DNA from: an uncultured Planctomycetaceae bacterium
Lineage (GTDB): Bacteria; Planctomycetota; Planctomycetia; Isosphaerales; Isosphaeraceae
Direction: 5' to 3'
Assembly (NCBI GenBank): GCA_963833985.1
Contig: CAWIAD010000001.1
Span: forward strand, 256,001 to 320,000
Length of the DNA stretch: 64,000 nucleotides
Of this stretch, positions 49,429 through 60,891 are shown piece by piece (within the stretch, counting starts at the first letter, position 1; every line of letters begins with the position of its first letter). The position numbers and the translations under genes were made by a program. A model generated the notes under the pieces. The model searched no databases. It was not told where the DNA came from and saw only the letters and a list, made by a program, of their open reading frames with translations.

Positions 49429-52400
49429 CTACTCGCCGCCGGCCGGGCGCGTCTGGAACTCGCGGAGGTACTCCTGGAACTCAGGCGTGTCGGGCCTTCG
49501 CACGCCAGGAGCGAAAGGAAACGCGGGCATCCCCCGCCAGGGCAAAGGCTCAACGGTGTCGCTCGTGGCCGTGAACGGGTCCGCATCCTTGCAGTAGCCG
49601 AACGACCGCAGCACGTAGCAGCGCGTCCAGCCCGGAGGGAGCGCCGGTAACCCCGCGGCGCTGAACTCGAGCCGGACCTCGTCACCGGGACCGACGACGC
49701 AGAAGCGGTCGTCGTCGGCCCGCAGCAGGCACGCCACGTCGCCATGACGCGTCAACTTTCCCGCCATCCGCGCCAGCGGTGCGGGGTCGACGTGGTCATA
49801 ATCGTAGACCAGGGGCAGCCGTCCGTCCGGCGAGATCTCCCGGGTGTAGCCGCGCGGGCCCAGGACGGCTCTGGAGACGGGCAGGGTGGTCACCGCCAGA
49901 GACCTTTCGGCGGAACGATCGCGCACGGCGACGAATGCCTGGTCGTAATAGCATTCCATGTTCGTGGTGATGCGCAGCACGGAGCGCTTGCCGCCCAGCT
50001 TGCCCGTGAGGTCAAGCGTGGTGAGCCGCGGAAGTCCGGCGGGATAGCCGGCGTGGGGCTCGATCAAACGCCAGGTGCCGTCGTCTTCCTGCCGTTCCAC
50101 CGTGGGCGGCTTGAGGGAGATTCCCGCGGTCGCGGCCGCGTAATTGGTCTGCGAGTAGGGATACTCGACCCATCCGGCCAGGCAGAGGATGAGGGATTCC
50201 CCCGGCCCGAAGCGGTTCAGGCGATCGCCGAAATCGAGGATGATCCCATGCGACTGGGCGTAGCCGATCCAGCCGTCGAGCCTGGCGAAGCTGTCAACGG
50301 TCTGACGGTCCCACTGCTGGAGGGCAGCCGTCACGTCGCGCCCTGCCAGGTCGGTCGCGTGCGCGGGGGTGATGGACTGACGCCAGGCCAGGACTTGCCC
50401 GGTGGGCCTGGGACCTGTCGGCGCGAACCGTTCGTCCACGGCCGTGGCCACTCCGGGCGGACGGTCGATCACGTCCAGCTTCAGATGATCGAGATACGCA
50501 ACCTCGTCCATGGGCTCGGTGACCGAGAGCCGGAATACCCCCTGCTCGGCCTTGAGCTGGTCCGATGCGATGGCCACCGCCTCGTCGCGATCGGGCTGGC
50601 TGTAAACCCCGGGAGCCACCAGGTAGCCCAGTCCGCCTCCGCCCAGGAAATCGCCCAGACAGACGAAGCGCTCTCCGTTCCACGTGAAAAGTACGGGACA
50701 GCTCCCCGTCTTGCGATTGTTCTCCGCGAGCGGAAGTTTTTCGTTCGCGGCGACATTCAGCTCGCACTGCATCACCCCGTCGGGCCAGCGCAGGTGAACG
50801 AGGTCAGCGGCCATCCGCTTGCCCAGTCCCAGGACGACCGGACCGATGGACTGGGCGAGTCCCGACTCCGGCGTGGTGTGGTCATAGCAGACCTGGATCC
50901 CCTGTCCCTCGACCAGCACGCGCGTGCCGATGCCGTGCGAGTTGGTACGCATGAGCTGCGGCTTGACGCCCCAGTGGCCGCCAAGCTGGAGGGCCAGCCA
51001 GTGATGGCCGTTGCCCAGGTTGCGTGCGACAGCCGGCGGAGCGCCCGCGCGCACGATGAGCAGATCGGGCAAGGCGTCGCCGGCCAGGTCGGCCAGCGCC
51101 AGGCCGACTGCGCCGGGGGTCTCGAGCGTCACCAGGAGGTCGCGCCCGGTGAGACGGCTGCCCTCGTTGCGCGCCCAGGCCAGCGGCCCGCGGCCCGGAT
51201 CGGAGTCTGCCGGCCTCGAGGCCGCGGCCCTCAGCCCGACCAGGTCCGGCAGGCCATCGAGGTCGAGATCCGCCGCGATCGCCGAGCGCCATGCCCCCGC
51301 GCTGGTCGGTACTGTCTCCAGGGAAATCCGCGATTGCCCGTCGGTGGGCGCCCGCCCGGTCGTGTTCCGCAGGGCCAGAACCTTCCCCCGGACTCCCGGC
51401 GCGACCAGGTCAGGACGGCCATCCTGGTCCAGGTCCGTGACGAGGATCCCGGAGGCAAGGTGCGTGGCAGCGACGTCCTTGAGCTCCACCTCGTGGAAGG
51501 TCCCCAGCCGGTCGTTGAGCACGGCCTTCAGCGCGGTTCCGTCGGCGGGCAGGACGAGATCGAGGTCGTGGTCGCCATCAAGGTCAAGGGCCGCCACGCC
51601 CGTGTGCGGCGCAGCCCCACCGGCGAGCGCAACGCTGCCGGGCCAGGGGCTGAGTGCCAGCGAGAGGCCGCTCTTCGCCTTCACATTCTCCCAGGCCACC
51701 GCCAGCGGTGCCCATGCCGGCGCAGGGCTGCCAGGGATCGGCTCCGGCTGACCGTCGTTGCGGTAGACTGTGTTCGGCAGGCCAGGAGGCGAGGGCTGAT
51801 CGGCGTGGAAGGCTCGCTCGGCGTGCTCCGCCGCGCAGTAGTTCACGACGTAGAGGTCGAGGTCTCCGTCCTGGTCCAGGTCCAGCCACCGCGCCAGCAG
51901 CGCCAGGGCCGGCGGACCTGGAGATTTGAGGATCTCGGTCCGGTCCTCGAACGCCTTGCCTTCCTTGTTGCGGAGCAGCCTGTTCTTGCCCACGCCGGTG
52001 AGAAACAGATCGATGTGCCGGTCGGCGTCGAAGTCGGCGGCGGCCACGCCCACGCTGGCCTGGTCAGGAGGCAGGCCGAAGGCCAGGGCACTCTCCTGAA
52101 AGCGTCCGTTGCCCAGGTTCAGAAGCAGGGCGTCGCGCAGACCCTTGGGACCGACGACCGCGGAAGTCAGGTAAAGGTCCAGTTGACCGTCGCCATTGGC
52201 GTCGAAAGCGGCCACCGCGGCGCCGAAGCGGTCGCGAATCCGGCCGATCACGGCGTGCGTTCCCTGGTAGTCCTCGGCCTTCGCCCAGCGGTCGCCGGCG
52301 GCAAGCTGCACGTCGAGGGCGCGGGCGGGCTCGAACCGCGGAGGCACCGCCGCCGATTCCGCGATGACCTCGGGCCGCGGGAAGGGGCTGAGGATCGTGG

Positions 52401-53246
52401 CGTATTTCCCCATCTCGCCGTACACCTTGGTGGCGGTGTTTCCTGGTCCCGGGACCGGATGCGGCCGGTCGGGGTTGATCTTGTCCCAGCGCTCCAGCAG
52501 CTCTTTCTGCTTCTGCGGCTCTCCGGCCAGCCGCGAGACAAAAGACAGCTTGTAGATCGCCTGGGTGAGATAAGGGTCCAGCTCGATCGCCCTGGCGTAA
52601 AGCGCAGCCTGCTGCCTGGCGATCTTGGGGCTGGTCGACAGCAAGGGATTGTCCGGATCGGTGAGCGTGCTGGCCCGCCAGTACCACGAGACGGCGTCGT
52701 TCGGGTCGATCTCGGTCACGCGGCGAAAGTGCTTGTGAGCGGCCGGCAGGTCGCCCTGTTGCTCGAGGATGATGCCGGTGCAGAAATGGGCGTAAGGGTT
52801 GTCTGGCTGCCGCTCGAGGACGCCGGCCAGAAGCTGTAGAGCCTCATCGAAATTGCCAAGTCCTGCGCCCCTCCGGACTTCTTCGACGCCTCCACTTCCT
52901 CACCCGTCATGTTCAGCAGTGCGATCGACATGTTGATGGAGCCGGGAATCCACCCGGGGGCGCGCCGACGGACCTCGCGAAAGGCCTTCGCCGCCTTGCC
53001 GTACTCGTACTGCTCCATGTAGCCCATGCCCTGGAAATGGGCCTCCAGCACCGCCCCGAGCTCCGCGGCCGGAATCTCGTCCCGGAGCGGTTCGGCCTGC
53101 TTGGCCGCCGGTGCCGCGGCGGAGGAAGCTGTACTGCCGGGGGGAGGAGCCGCGGGCTGGTCGTGGGTCTGGCAGCCGGCGGCCGCCAGAAAGCCCACAC
53201 CGACGAGCAGCGCCACAGTGCGCTGACCCGGACGTGAAGAACGCAT
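49429..53246 (-). CDS. TPR / FG-GAP / ASPIC-UnbV lipoprotein (frameshift near 52870)
   Basis: Lipobox AAGC, TPRs, DxDxDGxxDL repeats, GIGTRV...LGLG...WPDG, SCPVLFTWNG; adding one G joins the two ORFs. Confidence 0.85.
50676..50691. promoter_or_regulatory. parS-like site
   Basis: CGTTCCACGTGAAAAG; coincides with FTWN codons. Confidence 0.5.
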
Positions 53247-53364
53247 CGTTGAGAACCTCGCTGTCCAGAGAATGATCGAAACGAAGAACGGAGCGCGCGG
53301 CCGTGCGAAGATTCGAAGGCCCTGGAGAATTCAGGCTGGCGCCACGGATCATGGAAAGTATTCG

Positions 53365-53380
53365 GGTTTCACGTGGAACG
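53365..53380. promoter_or_regulatory. parS-like site
   Basis: GGTTTCACGTGGAACG, overlapping the nitrilase stop codon. Confidence 0.7.
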
Positions 53381-54310
53381 CGAGCCGGGGCGATAAATCG
53401 GCCGAGCGTACAGGTCAGTATAGGCGTCGGCCCGGAGGTGTGAAAGCAGATGATGGCCGCGGCGGCGCTGCCGCTCGGCACGCAGGGCGGCGAGGTCGAT
53501 CGGGCCGACCACGATCTTCTCGCCCGGACCCGGGTCGGCCTGGGCAAGGATCCGGCCGTCGTAGTCCACAACCATGCTGCCGCCGGGCCAGGAGAAGGGC
53601 GGGTAGTTCGCGGCGCTGGCGCCCTGATTGGCCGCCACCACGTAGGCGAAGTTCTCCACGGCCCGCGCACGATTGAAGAGCGTCCACCAGTCCAGTGGAG
53701 GCGTGGCTCCCCAGGGGTCCATGTAGGCCGAGACCCGGATCAGCACCTCGGCACCACCAAGGGCCAGCGCGCGGATGGCTTCGGGAAAGAGCCAGTCGTA
53801 GCAGATGGCCGCGCCGAGGCGGCCGATCTCGGTGTCCACCACGGGGAAGAGCGGCTCGTCATAGCCGGGCAGGTCATGCGGGCTGGCGTGCAGCTCCCAG
53901 GGAATCCAGGGGTTGACCTTCCGGTAACGGGCCAGCAGACCGTCGGGCCCGATCAGGCAGGTGGTGTTGAACACGGTGCCGGGCCAGCGGCCATCGACCT
54001 CCAGGAACGTGCCGGTCTGAATGTAGACCCCGCGCTGGCGTGCCTTGCGGTGGTACGCGTCGGTATGTTCGCTGGGAATCGGAACAGCCAGGCGGTCGGC
54101 CAGCTCGGCGACGGTCGCGTAGATGGGCGCGGCGTGGGCGAACTCGGGGAAGACGATCAGCTTCACATCGAAGAAGGGCTCGTACCCGACGACGGCCCGG
54201 TCCACCATCTCCAGCAGGTTGCTCACGCGCCCGGCGATCTCGTCGCGGTGCCGCGGGCAAGACAGGTCCGTCTGGCAGGCGGCGGCGTAGTAACGTTCCG
54301 TGTGCGACAT
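53369..54310 (-). CDS. Carbon-nitrogen hydrolase (nitrilase superfamily)
   Basis: Catalytic E-K-C: FPEF, YRKVN, ICYDWLFPE. Confidence 0.9.
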   Translation of the reverse strand: MSHTERYYAAACQTDLSCPRHRDEIAGRVSNLLEMVDRAVVGYEPFFDVKLIVFPEFAHAAPIYATVAELADRLAVPIPSEHTDAYHRKARQRGVYIQTGTFLEVDGRWPGTVFNTTCLIGPDGLLARYRKVNPWIPWELHASPHDLPGYDEPLFPVVDTEIGRLGAAICYDWLFPEAIRALALGGAEVLIRVSAYMDPWGATPPLDWWTLFNRARAVENFAYVVAANQGASAANYPPFSWPGGSMVVDYDGRILAQADPGPGEKIVVGPIDLAALRAERQRRRGHHLLSHLRADAYTDLYARPIYRPGSRST

Positions 54311-54330
54311 GCGATGTGGCGGGTGCAGCC

Positions 54331-55224
54331 CTACTCCTGGTTTGTGGCGTGCAGAAAGGCGGAGAGGGCAATGTCTGGCTTGCGTCTGGGATCATTCAGC
54401 CGCAGGAAGACGTCGGCCGCCCGGCCGGTGCGTCCGGAGAGGAACCATTCGGCGCCAAGCACAAGCCAGGCGTCACGATCGTCGGGGTGTACCTGCAAGT
54501 GCGATTCGAGCCGCGACAGACGCCGCGCGAAGTCTCCGGGCTCACCGTAGACCGCCTGGATGTCGGGGGCCTTCGCCATCCAGCCAGGTTGAGCGGTCTC
54601 GGCCTCACGCAGCCGCGCAGCCGCCTCGGCGTACTGCTCCCGGACCAGGGCCACCTGGGCCAGCCCGACCAGCGGTGCGGCCGAACTGGGATCGAACCGG
54701 GTCGCCTGGAGATAACGCTCTTCGGCCTTCTTGACGTTGTTACCCCGGAACAGGCGGTTGCCGATGATCACAAGCTGAGCAGACCGGTTGGTATCTTTGG
54801 CACGGGACGGCGGATCTACCTTGTCGGCGGCAGGGCGCCTGGCGACATCGGGAAACCAGCCCGGGGGTGGCGGCGGCGCGACCGGGCCACGCTCGAAGAC
54901 CACCGGCCCGGGTCGCATGATCGGGCCGAAGCCTCCTGGCACGTAAGGAGGCATGGGCGGCACGAACACCAGCTCTCCGCCCGGCACTCCGACGGCATAG
55001 TAAGGGAGCCAGTAACCGGACCACCAGCCGACACCTCCCACCGCCAGGCCGCCCACCCCCTGGGTTCCCGAGACGTGGCTGGCACCGTTGCCAGCGACCG
55101 CCACGCTGCCGGTAAGCGCCGCGGAACTGGACCCCCCGGCGTGCTGACCGGAGTGCTGGGCCCGGGCCGCCGGAGGAACGAGGATGACAGCCAGAATGCA
55201 TCCGCTAGCTAGCCGAGGCAGCAT
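54331..55224 (-). CDS. Secreted Gly/Pro-rich TPR protein
   Basis: Signal peptide ending ARA; TPR-like helices in the C-terminal half. Confidence 0.7.
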   Translation of the reverse strand: MLPRLASGCILAVILVPPAARAQHSGQHAGGSSSAALTGSVAVAGNGASHVSGTQGVGGLAVGGVGWWSGYWLPYYAVGVPGGELVFVPPMPPYVPGGFGPIMRPGPVVFERGPVAPPPPPGWFPDVARRPAADKVDPPSRAKDTNRSAQLVIIGNRLFRGNNVKKAEERYLQATRFDPSSAAPLVGLAQVALVREQYAEAAARLREAETAQPGWMAKAPDIQAVYGEPGDFARRLSRLESHLQVHPDDRDAWLVLGAEWFLSGRTGRAADVFLRLNDPRRKPDIALSAFLHATNQE

Positions 55225-55366
55225 GCACACGACGCCAAGCTCCTTATCAAGCGGATCGGGCGTAGGGAGCTCCCCTGGTCATTATGATCAACTCGTACTT
55301 GAAGGGAAATGGGATTTTCGGACCGGTTCGCGGTCAATGGTGCGGGACCACGCGCGCCACCTCAGA

Positions 55367-55472
55367 CTAAATCGCTCCCCGTAAGAGGGAAAGTGTGGAA
55401 CGGCCGCCCTCGGCCGTCCTGAGCCAGCCGAGGGCGGCTGGCCCACATTCCAAGAGGCGACGATCTATTTAG
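55367..55472. mobile_element. 106-bp MITE/REP-like element
   Basis: Ends CTAAATCG ... CTATTTAG; internal palindromes ACGGCCG-ccct-CGGCCGT and CCAGCCG-aggg-CGGCTGG; second copy at 6812. Confidence 0.65.
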
Positions 55473-58400
55473 CGCCGCCGATACCCGGCGGTGGAGCGCG
55501 GGGTGATTCCCTGGAGGGAGAGGTCGGCGCCGACATCGAGCTGTGGCCGCCAGGGGTGGTAGCCGGGATCGAGAATGAGGTCGCCCGGCTCGACGCGACC
55601 CGGCTTGAGCCGCTCCCTGAGACGGACGCTGGGAAGGTTGGAGCCGGCGCGAGGGCCGGTGATCTCGGACTGGTGGTTGCTCCCCCAGAAGTTGACCCAC
55701 TGGAAATTGACGTCGAGCAGGCGAGTGGAGAGGGACTCGTCCATGGCCGCGGTGAACCCGTCAACGTCAGCGGCGTCGCCGTTTCCCTGCCAGAAGAGAG
55801 TTCCATGGGCCATCGCTTCCTCATCCACGCGGAGCAGCACGGTCGTCGAGACGCGGCGGTCATAGCTGCTCAGGAACGCGCAGGAGCTGGAGGTGACCAG
55901 CCAGGGCCGCTCGGGGCCCGGAGCCTGACCGTTCCACGCACCCAGGCGAATGATGTTCGCCTCGGAGCTGAGCGTGCAGTGGTCCAGCACCAGGTCGGCC
56001 TCGAGCGAGCCGTTGCCCGAGGTGGAAGGATCCAGGACGATGGCGTCGGTGCCGGCAGCCAGGGCCGACTGGGTCAGTGCGACAAGGCCCCGCCCCAGGC
56101 TTGCCTGGAGGGCGCTGGCGCGGGTGATCAGCGTGCTCTCGACAACCAGGCACACGGCGCGATCGGGCGTCGTGACGAAGAGCCCGGAGCCAGCGGCCCG
56201 GGTCCGTGCGGCCTCGGCCGTGGACGAGAACTTCACGAGTACCGGAGTGCGCGCGACCGCTTCCGGAGGCGCGGTCAACTGGCAGCGGTGCAGCACCAGG
56301 TCGCCCTCGGCGACGTCGATGAGGGCGTCCACCGCGGCGCTCTCATCGGCCCGCAGCCGGACCTGCGAGAGCAAGAGCGCGCCGCCGTGAACCTCGAAGA
56401 GCGCGTGCCCGTGAGACTCGGCCTGTGGCGTCCAGGAAAGCGGCTCCTGGTCGCGCAGCGAACCGGGCTCGGCGTGGATCTCCAGGACCAGTCCGTCGCG
56501 CAGCCGGATGGGAGACGAGCGCCGCGCTCCCGAGCCCTTGACCCGCACCCGCACGTGCTTCGCGTCCTCTCCGAGCCTGTCGTGCAGGAACGCTCCAAGG
56601 TCGCCGTGCCACGGTGCCGCATCCGCATCGAACGGTAGCTCGACCACGCCGGCATCAGGCGCGGATGCGTTCGCGGCAGCGTTTTTCCAGGCGGCCGCCG
56701 GGGGCCGGTGCTCACGTCCCTGGAAACGAATGGAAGGGTCGGTCGCCACCTGCGGGAACCCCGTGATCCGGGTACCCGAGAGAGTGACCGGGAAGGGAAT
56801 CTCCGGTGCGGGAAAGTTCCAGAGCGTCTTGGCGGTCAGGAACGCGCGCGGCGTGGCCGCCCGGGATAGTGCTCCCTCGCGGCCGGGAACGAACGGGCCA
56901 AAGTCCGCCGGGATCGCCTGGCCGAGGTGCGTCGGTTGCGGCCAGGGTGCCAGGATCTCGCGGCTTTTCAGGTCGCTGCCGTTCCACGTGGAACGAAGCT
57001 CGGAAAGGCTGGCAAGACGTAGGGTCTGCTCCGGACCGCTCGCGTAGTAGCCCTTCCAGCCGCAGAACAGATTCTGTTGCCCGAGCCAGTCGAATTGCTG
57101 GCGCGGGCTTGCGCTGGCATTCTCGGAGAAGAGGATGCAGGCGATCCCGGCCCCCTGGAAACGGCCGAATACCGAATCGAAAGCTCGGATCACCATGGGC
57201 GAGGTGGGACGAGCGGGCTCGCTCTCGCTGGCCGATCGCCACTCGAAGGCCGGCCCGCGGCTGGCCAGCACGCTGCCAACGACCGAGAACCTCTGCTCGC
57301 CCCGTCGCGCCGGGTCGATCGCGCGAACCAGCGGTCCCTGACTGCCCAGGAAGACGGTCTCCCTGAGCGCCACGTCGACGGCCCCCTTGCCCAGGTCGAA
57401 GCCCGAAGTGACATACCCGCGGATGAGCGTCTTCTCGAACCGGATTCGCGATCCGCGTGCAGCGGCGCCATCGGCACGCACCAGGGTGAACGTCTGGCTG
57501 GCCGCGTTGATCAGCGTGAAGGTGCAGTTCCGCACCGTGAGGGAGGCGCCTGTGCAATGGAAGAAGGCGGTCTGAGCGGCATTCAGGTCCCTGACGTTGA
57601 CGATGAAGTCGAGCGAGTCCAGCACGAGATTCTTGCCGTCGAGCACGATGATTCCGGGCAGCGACCAGACGGCCTCCAGGTTGGGCCGGTCAATGCGGAT
57701 GATGGGCCGGAATCCCGGTCGCGCACGCACCAGCCGCGTCTCGCCGGGAATCCGGAAGTCATTGATGGGGAAGGGCCCCTCGTCGGCGATCTCGACGGTC
57801 CCCCGTGTCTCGTTGAGCGCCTGCCGCAGCGAGGGGAGTACGGACGGCTCGCGCGCCGCCGCGGCGACCCGGCGAACCACGACCAGCGGCCCTTCGACTC
57901 GCTCGGGCACGGGTGCCAGGGCCCAGGACGGAAGGTACTTCCTGAGGGTTTCCTCGGTATAAGCGGTGATTGCCGGTGGAGGCGGAGCGGGTGCGGGCGC
58001 GGACGGAGCGGGTACCGGCGGCTCGGCCGCGGCCGCGCGCTCGACGGGCCTCACGTCCACGGGCCTGAGGGGGGCGGCGGGAACCGGTTGCGCGCGGGCC
58101 ACGACCGGCGGCGGCGCAGGTGCTAGCTGCTGTGAGGTGCTGGCGGAACCGGGCTCAGGCACATCAGGGCCGATCGGCGCATCCGCAATCACCGGGACCG
58201 GCGGGGCGGACCGGACGCAGCGGTCGATCACAATCACCAGGAGCACGAACGAGGCGCCAATCGCCACACAGAGCGCGACCCAGGCCGAGGCCGAGAGCGG
58301 CGACTGGCGCGAGCCGTCTGCCCGCAGTGGGTACACGAAAGAATCGCCGGCCACGACCATTGCCCCGCGTCGCGGCAGCGGAACGAGCGCCTGGTTTCCG

Positions 58401-59461
58401 GGTGCGGAGGGACGCCGGCCGGAGCTGGCATCCGGCAGGAGCTCCGGGGGCAGGCTTGCCAGCGAGATCTCGGGAACCGACGAGGGCGGCCGTGTCTCGG
58501 AACTGTCCAGGAGGATCTGCACTCCCTGCCGCGGCTGGCGGATCTCGGGCGGAGGCGAGCCGCTGGGGTCGATCGGCGCAAGCGCGACACCCGGTGCCTG
58601 GGCTTCATCCTTGAGCCGCAGCCGGTCCATCTCCTCGATCAGTGTGTCAAAGCTGGCATAGCGTTCGTCGGTCTTCTTGGCCATCATGCGCAGCATGATC
58701 CGGGCCAGGCTCTCGGGCACGTCGGGCCGCAAATCACGGACGTTGGGGGGTGCCGAGCGGGCATGCCGGGTCAGCTTGTCGGTGATGTCACCGCCGGGAT
58801 AGGGGGGCACGCCCGTGAGCAAGTAGTAAAAGGTGCAGCCCAGCGAGTAGATGTCGCTCTGCACGCTGGCGGCGCGGCTGTCCCGGGCCTGCTCCGGTGC
58901 CATGTAATCGACCGTGCCGACCGTCGTTCCCTCGCGTGTGACGCGCTGGTCCTCGAAATCCAGGTGCAGGGCCAGGCCCAGGTCGGTGATCTTGATTTCG
59001 CCCGTCTTGCTGCGGAGGATGTTCGAGGGCTTGATATCGCGATGGACCAACCCGCGGTCCGCGGCGAACCGGAGCCCCTCGGCAACCTGACGAATGACCT
59101 GGACCGCCTCGGCGGCACTGAGCGGCCCCCGCATCTGCACGTACTCATGCAGGTCGCACCCCTCGACGTACTCCAGCACCAGGTAGTGCCGTCCCTGATC
59201 CACGCCCCGATCGTAGATCGAGACGATGTTGGGGTGTTCCAGCGACTCGGCGATCCGGGCTTCGCGCAGAAAGCGCTGAAGCACAATCGGGTTCCTGGCC
59301 ATGCGCGACGGCAGCACCTTGAGCGCAACCTCGTGGCCCGAATCGACGTGCACCGCACGGTACACCGAGCTCATGCCGCCCGCGCCAAGCGGATGCAGGA
59401 CCCGGTAACTGCCGTACTGGGTGTCGCTGAATTCGGGAGGTTCCGGGATCGATTGCTGCAT
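55469..59461 (-). CDS. Membrane Ser/Thr kinase with large extracellular beta-helix-like region
   Basis: GAGGMS, VALKVL, HRDIKPSN, DLGLA, GTVDYMAPEQ, single TM, duplicated beta-rich ectodomain. Confidence 0.92.
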   Translation of the reverse strand: MQQSIPEPPEFSDTQYGSYRVLHPLGAGGMSSVYRAVHVDSGHEVALKVLPSRMARNPIVLQRFLREARIAESLEHPNIVSIYDRGVDQGRHYLVLEYVEGCDLHEYVQMRGPLSAAEAVQVIRQVAEGLRFAADRGLVHRDIKPSNILRSKTGEIKITDLGLALHLDFEDQRVTREGTTVGTVDYMAPEQARDSRAASVQSDIYSLGCTFYYLLTGVPPYPGGDITDKLTRHARSAPPNVRDLRPDVPESLARIMLRMMAKKTDERYASFDTLIEEMDRLRLKDEAQAPGVALAPIDPSGSPPPEIRQPRQGVQILLDSSETRPPSSVPEISLASLPPELLPDASSGRRPSAPGNQALVPLPRRGAMVVAGDSFVYPLRADGSRQSPLSASAWVALCVAIGASFVLLVIVIDRCVRSAPPVPVIADAPIGPDVPEPGSASTSQQLAPAPPPVVARAQPVPAAPLRPVDVRPVERAAAAEPPVPAPSAPAPAPPPPAITAYTEETLRKYLPSWALAPVPERVEGPLVVVRRVAAAAREPSVLPSLRQALNETRGTVEIADEGPFPINDFRIPGETRLVRARPGFRPIIRIDRPNLEAVWSLPGIIVLDGKNLVLDSLDFIVNVRDLNAAQTAFFHCTGASLTVRNCTFTLINAASQTFTLVRADGAAARGSRIRFEKTLIRGYVTSGFDLGKGAVDVALRETVFLGSQGPLVRAIDPARRGEQRFSVVGSVLASRGPAFEWRSASESEPARPTSPMVIRAFDSVFGRFQGAGIACILFSENASASPRQQFDWLGQQNLFCGWKGYYASGPEQTLRLASLSELRSTWNGSDLKSREILAPWPQPTHLGQAIPADFGPFVPGREGALSRAATPRAFLTAKTLWNFPAPEIPFPVTLSGTRITGFPQVATDPSIRFQGREHRPPAAAWKNAAANASAPDAGVVELPFDADAAPWHGDLGAFLHDRLGEDAKHVRVRVKGSGARRSSPIRLRDGLVLEIHAEPGSLRDQEPLSWTPQAESHGHALFEVHGGALLLSQVRLRADESAAVDALIDVAEGDLVLHRCQLTAPPEAVARTPVLVKFSSTAEAARTRAAGSGLFVTTPDRAVCLVVESTLITRASALQASLGRGLVALTQSALAAGTDAIVLDPSTSGNGSLEADLVLDHCTLSSEANIIRLGAWNGQAPGPERPWLVTSSSCAFLSSYDRRVSTTVLLRVDEEAMAHGTLFWQGNGDAADVDGFTAAMDESLSTRLLDVNFQWVNFWGSNHQSEITGPRAGSNLPSVRLRERLKPGRVEPGDLILDPGYHPWRPQLDVGADLSLQGITPRSTAGYRRR
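56980..56995. promoter_or_regulatory. parS-like site
   Basis: Perfect palindrome CGTTCCACGTGGAACG. Confidence 0.7.
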
Positions 59462-59724
59462 GCACTTCCCCGTCGAAACACCCGGACGTGGTTTCTGGTG
59501 GCTTCAGGTGCCATGGCGGTCCCGGAGAGGGGGTTCGCCACGCCCGTATCAGAGAAAGGATCGCAGAGGCCGACCGGCTGCTTCGGTCGCCGGGCATGAC
59601 ACCCCGCAAATGGGTTGAAGCCCGACATCCTTCAATAATCTTACACCCGTATGCAGGAATTGGGACAGGCCCCGGACATTCACGGTTGCTGTCCACCCGG
59701 GCAGGTGTCGTCCGCGGAGCCAAT

Positions 59725-60540
59725 CTAGAGGACCCGAAGGTGCAGTCCGCCATCGACATGAATCACCTCCCCGGTGGAGAAGGGCAGGTTCCCCGCGGCC
59801 AGGGCAGCGACCGTCCGGCCCACGTCGGCGGGCAGCCCCCAGCGGCGAATGGGAGAGATCCCGGCCGCGATCCTCGCATCATAGGCGGCGTGCACCGGCT
59901 GCGTCATGTCGGTATCGATGAGGCCGGGTCGAACCTCGTAGACGCGGATGCCGGCAGCCGCCAGGCGAACGGCAAAAAGCTGCGCAACCATGCTCAGCCC
60001 GGCCTTGGCCACGCAATACTCGCCCCGGCTGGTACTGGCGAACGTGCTGGAGATGGAAGTGATGAAGACGATCTGCGGCTCCACGACAACCGCTTTCTCG
60101 ACGAGACCGGCCATGGCCGCAGCCACAGCCTGCGTCAGGAAGAAGGGCCCGCGCAGGTTGGTGGAAAGCACGCGATCCCAGCTCTCTGGCGTCGTCTCCA
60201 GCAGATCGAGCCGGGATGCCGGAGCGACCCCGGCATTGTTCACCCAGAAGTCCACCCTCCCGAATCGGTCCAGGACCTGACCGAGCAGCCGCTGGCCTTC
60301 GTCGAGACTGGACACGTCCGCCTGAAACTCGGCCGCCTGGCTGGCTCCCAGCTCCAGGGCATCCCGGCAGCAGTCGCGCGCGGAACCTGAATCGGCACGG
60401 AAATTCACAGCGATGGAGAACCCCAGCCTCGCCAGCTCGCGGACAATCCCGCGGCCGATCCCGCGGCCCCCTCCCGTGACTACGGCCACGCGCTCGGGTA
60501 CCGCCGCCGAATGGGCCGGGATGTCCGAATTGTTCGACAT
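59725..60540 (-). CDS. SDR oxidoreductase (3-ketoacyl-ACP reductase-like)
   Basis: TGGGRGIG, NNAG, YCVAK, VDGG. Confidence 0.9.
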   Translation of the reverse strand: MSNNSDIPAHSAAVPERVAVVTGGGRGIGRGIVRELARLGFSIAVNFRADSGSARDCCRDALELGASQAAEFQADVSSLDEGQRLLGQVLDRFGRVDFWVNNAGVAPASRLDLLETTPESWDRVLSTNLRGPFFLTQAVAAAMAGLVEKAVVVEPQIVFITSISSTFASTSRGEYCVAKAGLSMVAQLFAVRLAAAGIRVYEVRPGLIDTDMTQPVHAAYDARIAAGISPIRRWGLPADVGRTVAALAAGNLPFSTGEVIHVDGGLHLRVL

Positions 60541-60712
60541 GTCGCCTCCGGTTCAGACCGGCCGCGAAGCGGCCGAGCCTTGAAAAGGTGGTGCCCCGTG
60601 GGCCAATCGATGACGACCTGCGCCATCCAGGATACTCCAGGCCCGACGCGCAGGGCACGGCTGCTGGTCCACGGCTCCCGAGGTTCGAGCGCCTCTCCGC
60701 GTCACGGTCCGG

Positions 60713-60742
60713 TTGACAGCGCCTGGTTTTATCAACGAAAAT
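60713..60742 (+). promoter_or_regulatory. Possible promoter of the tRNA-Arg pair
   Basis: TTGACA-18 nt-GAAAAT, 17 nt upstream of the first tRNA. Confidence 0.5.
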
Positions 60743-60759
60743 AGTCATCCAGCCGGTTT

Positions 60760-60833
60760 GCGCTCGTAGCTCAGGCGGATAGAGCGGCGGTTTCCTAAAC
60801 CGCAGGTCGCAGGTTCAAGTCCTGCCGGGCGCA
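60760..60833 (+). tRNA. tRNA-Arg(CCT)
   Basis: Acceptor GCGCTCG/CGGGCGC, anticodon arm GCGGT-TTCCTAA-ACCGC, T-loop TTCAAGT; no encoded CCA. Confidence 0.95.
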
Positions 60834-60891
60834 GTGGCAGCCGGAATCGACGCAGGCTCCGGTCCCGGAGGCGAGGCGTGCACCGGGTGAA

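Noticed and set aside
49744..52839. 1031-aa plus-strand ORF (and similar long ORFs at 41210-43276, 23534-25312, 2929-4404)
   Set aside because: Antisense shadows of well-supported genes, expected at high GC; no motifs
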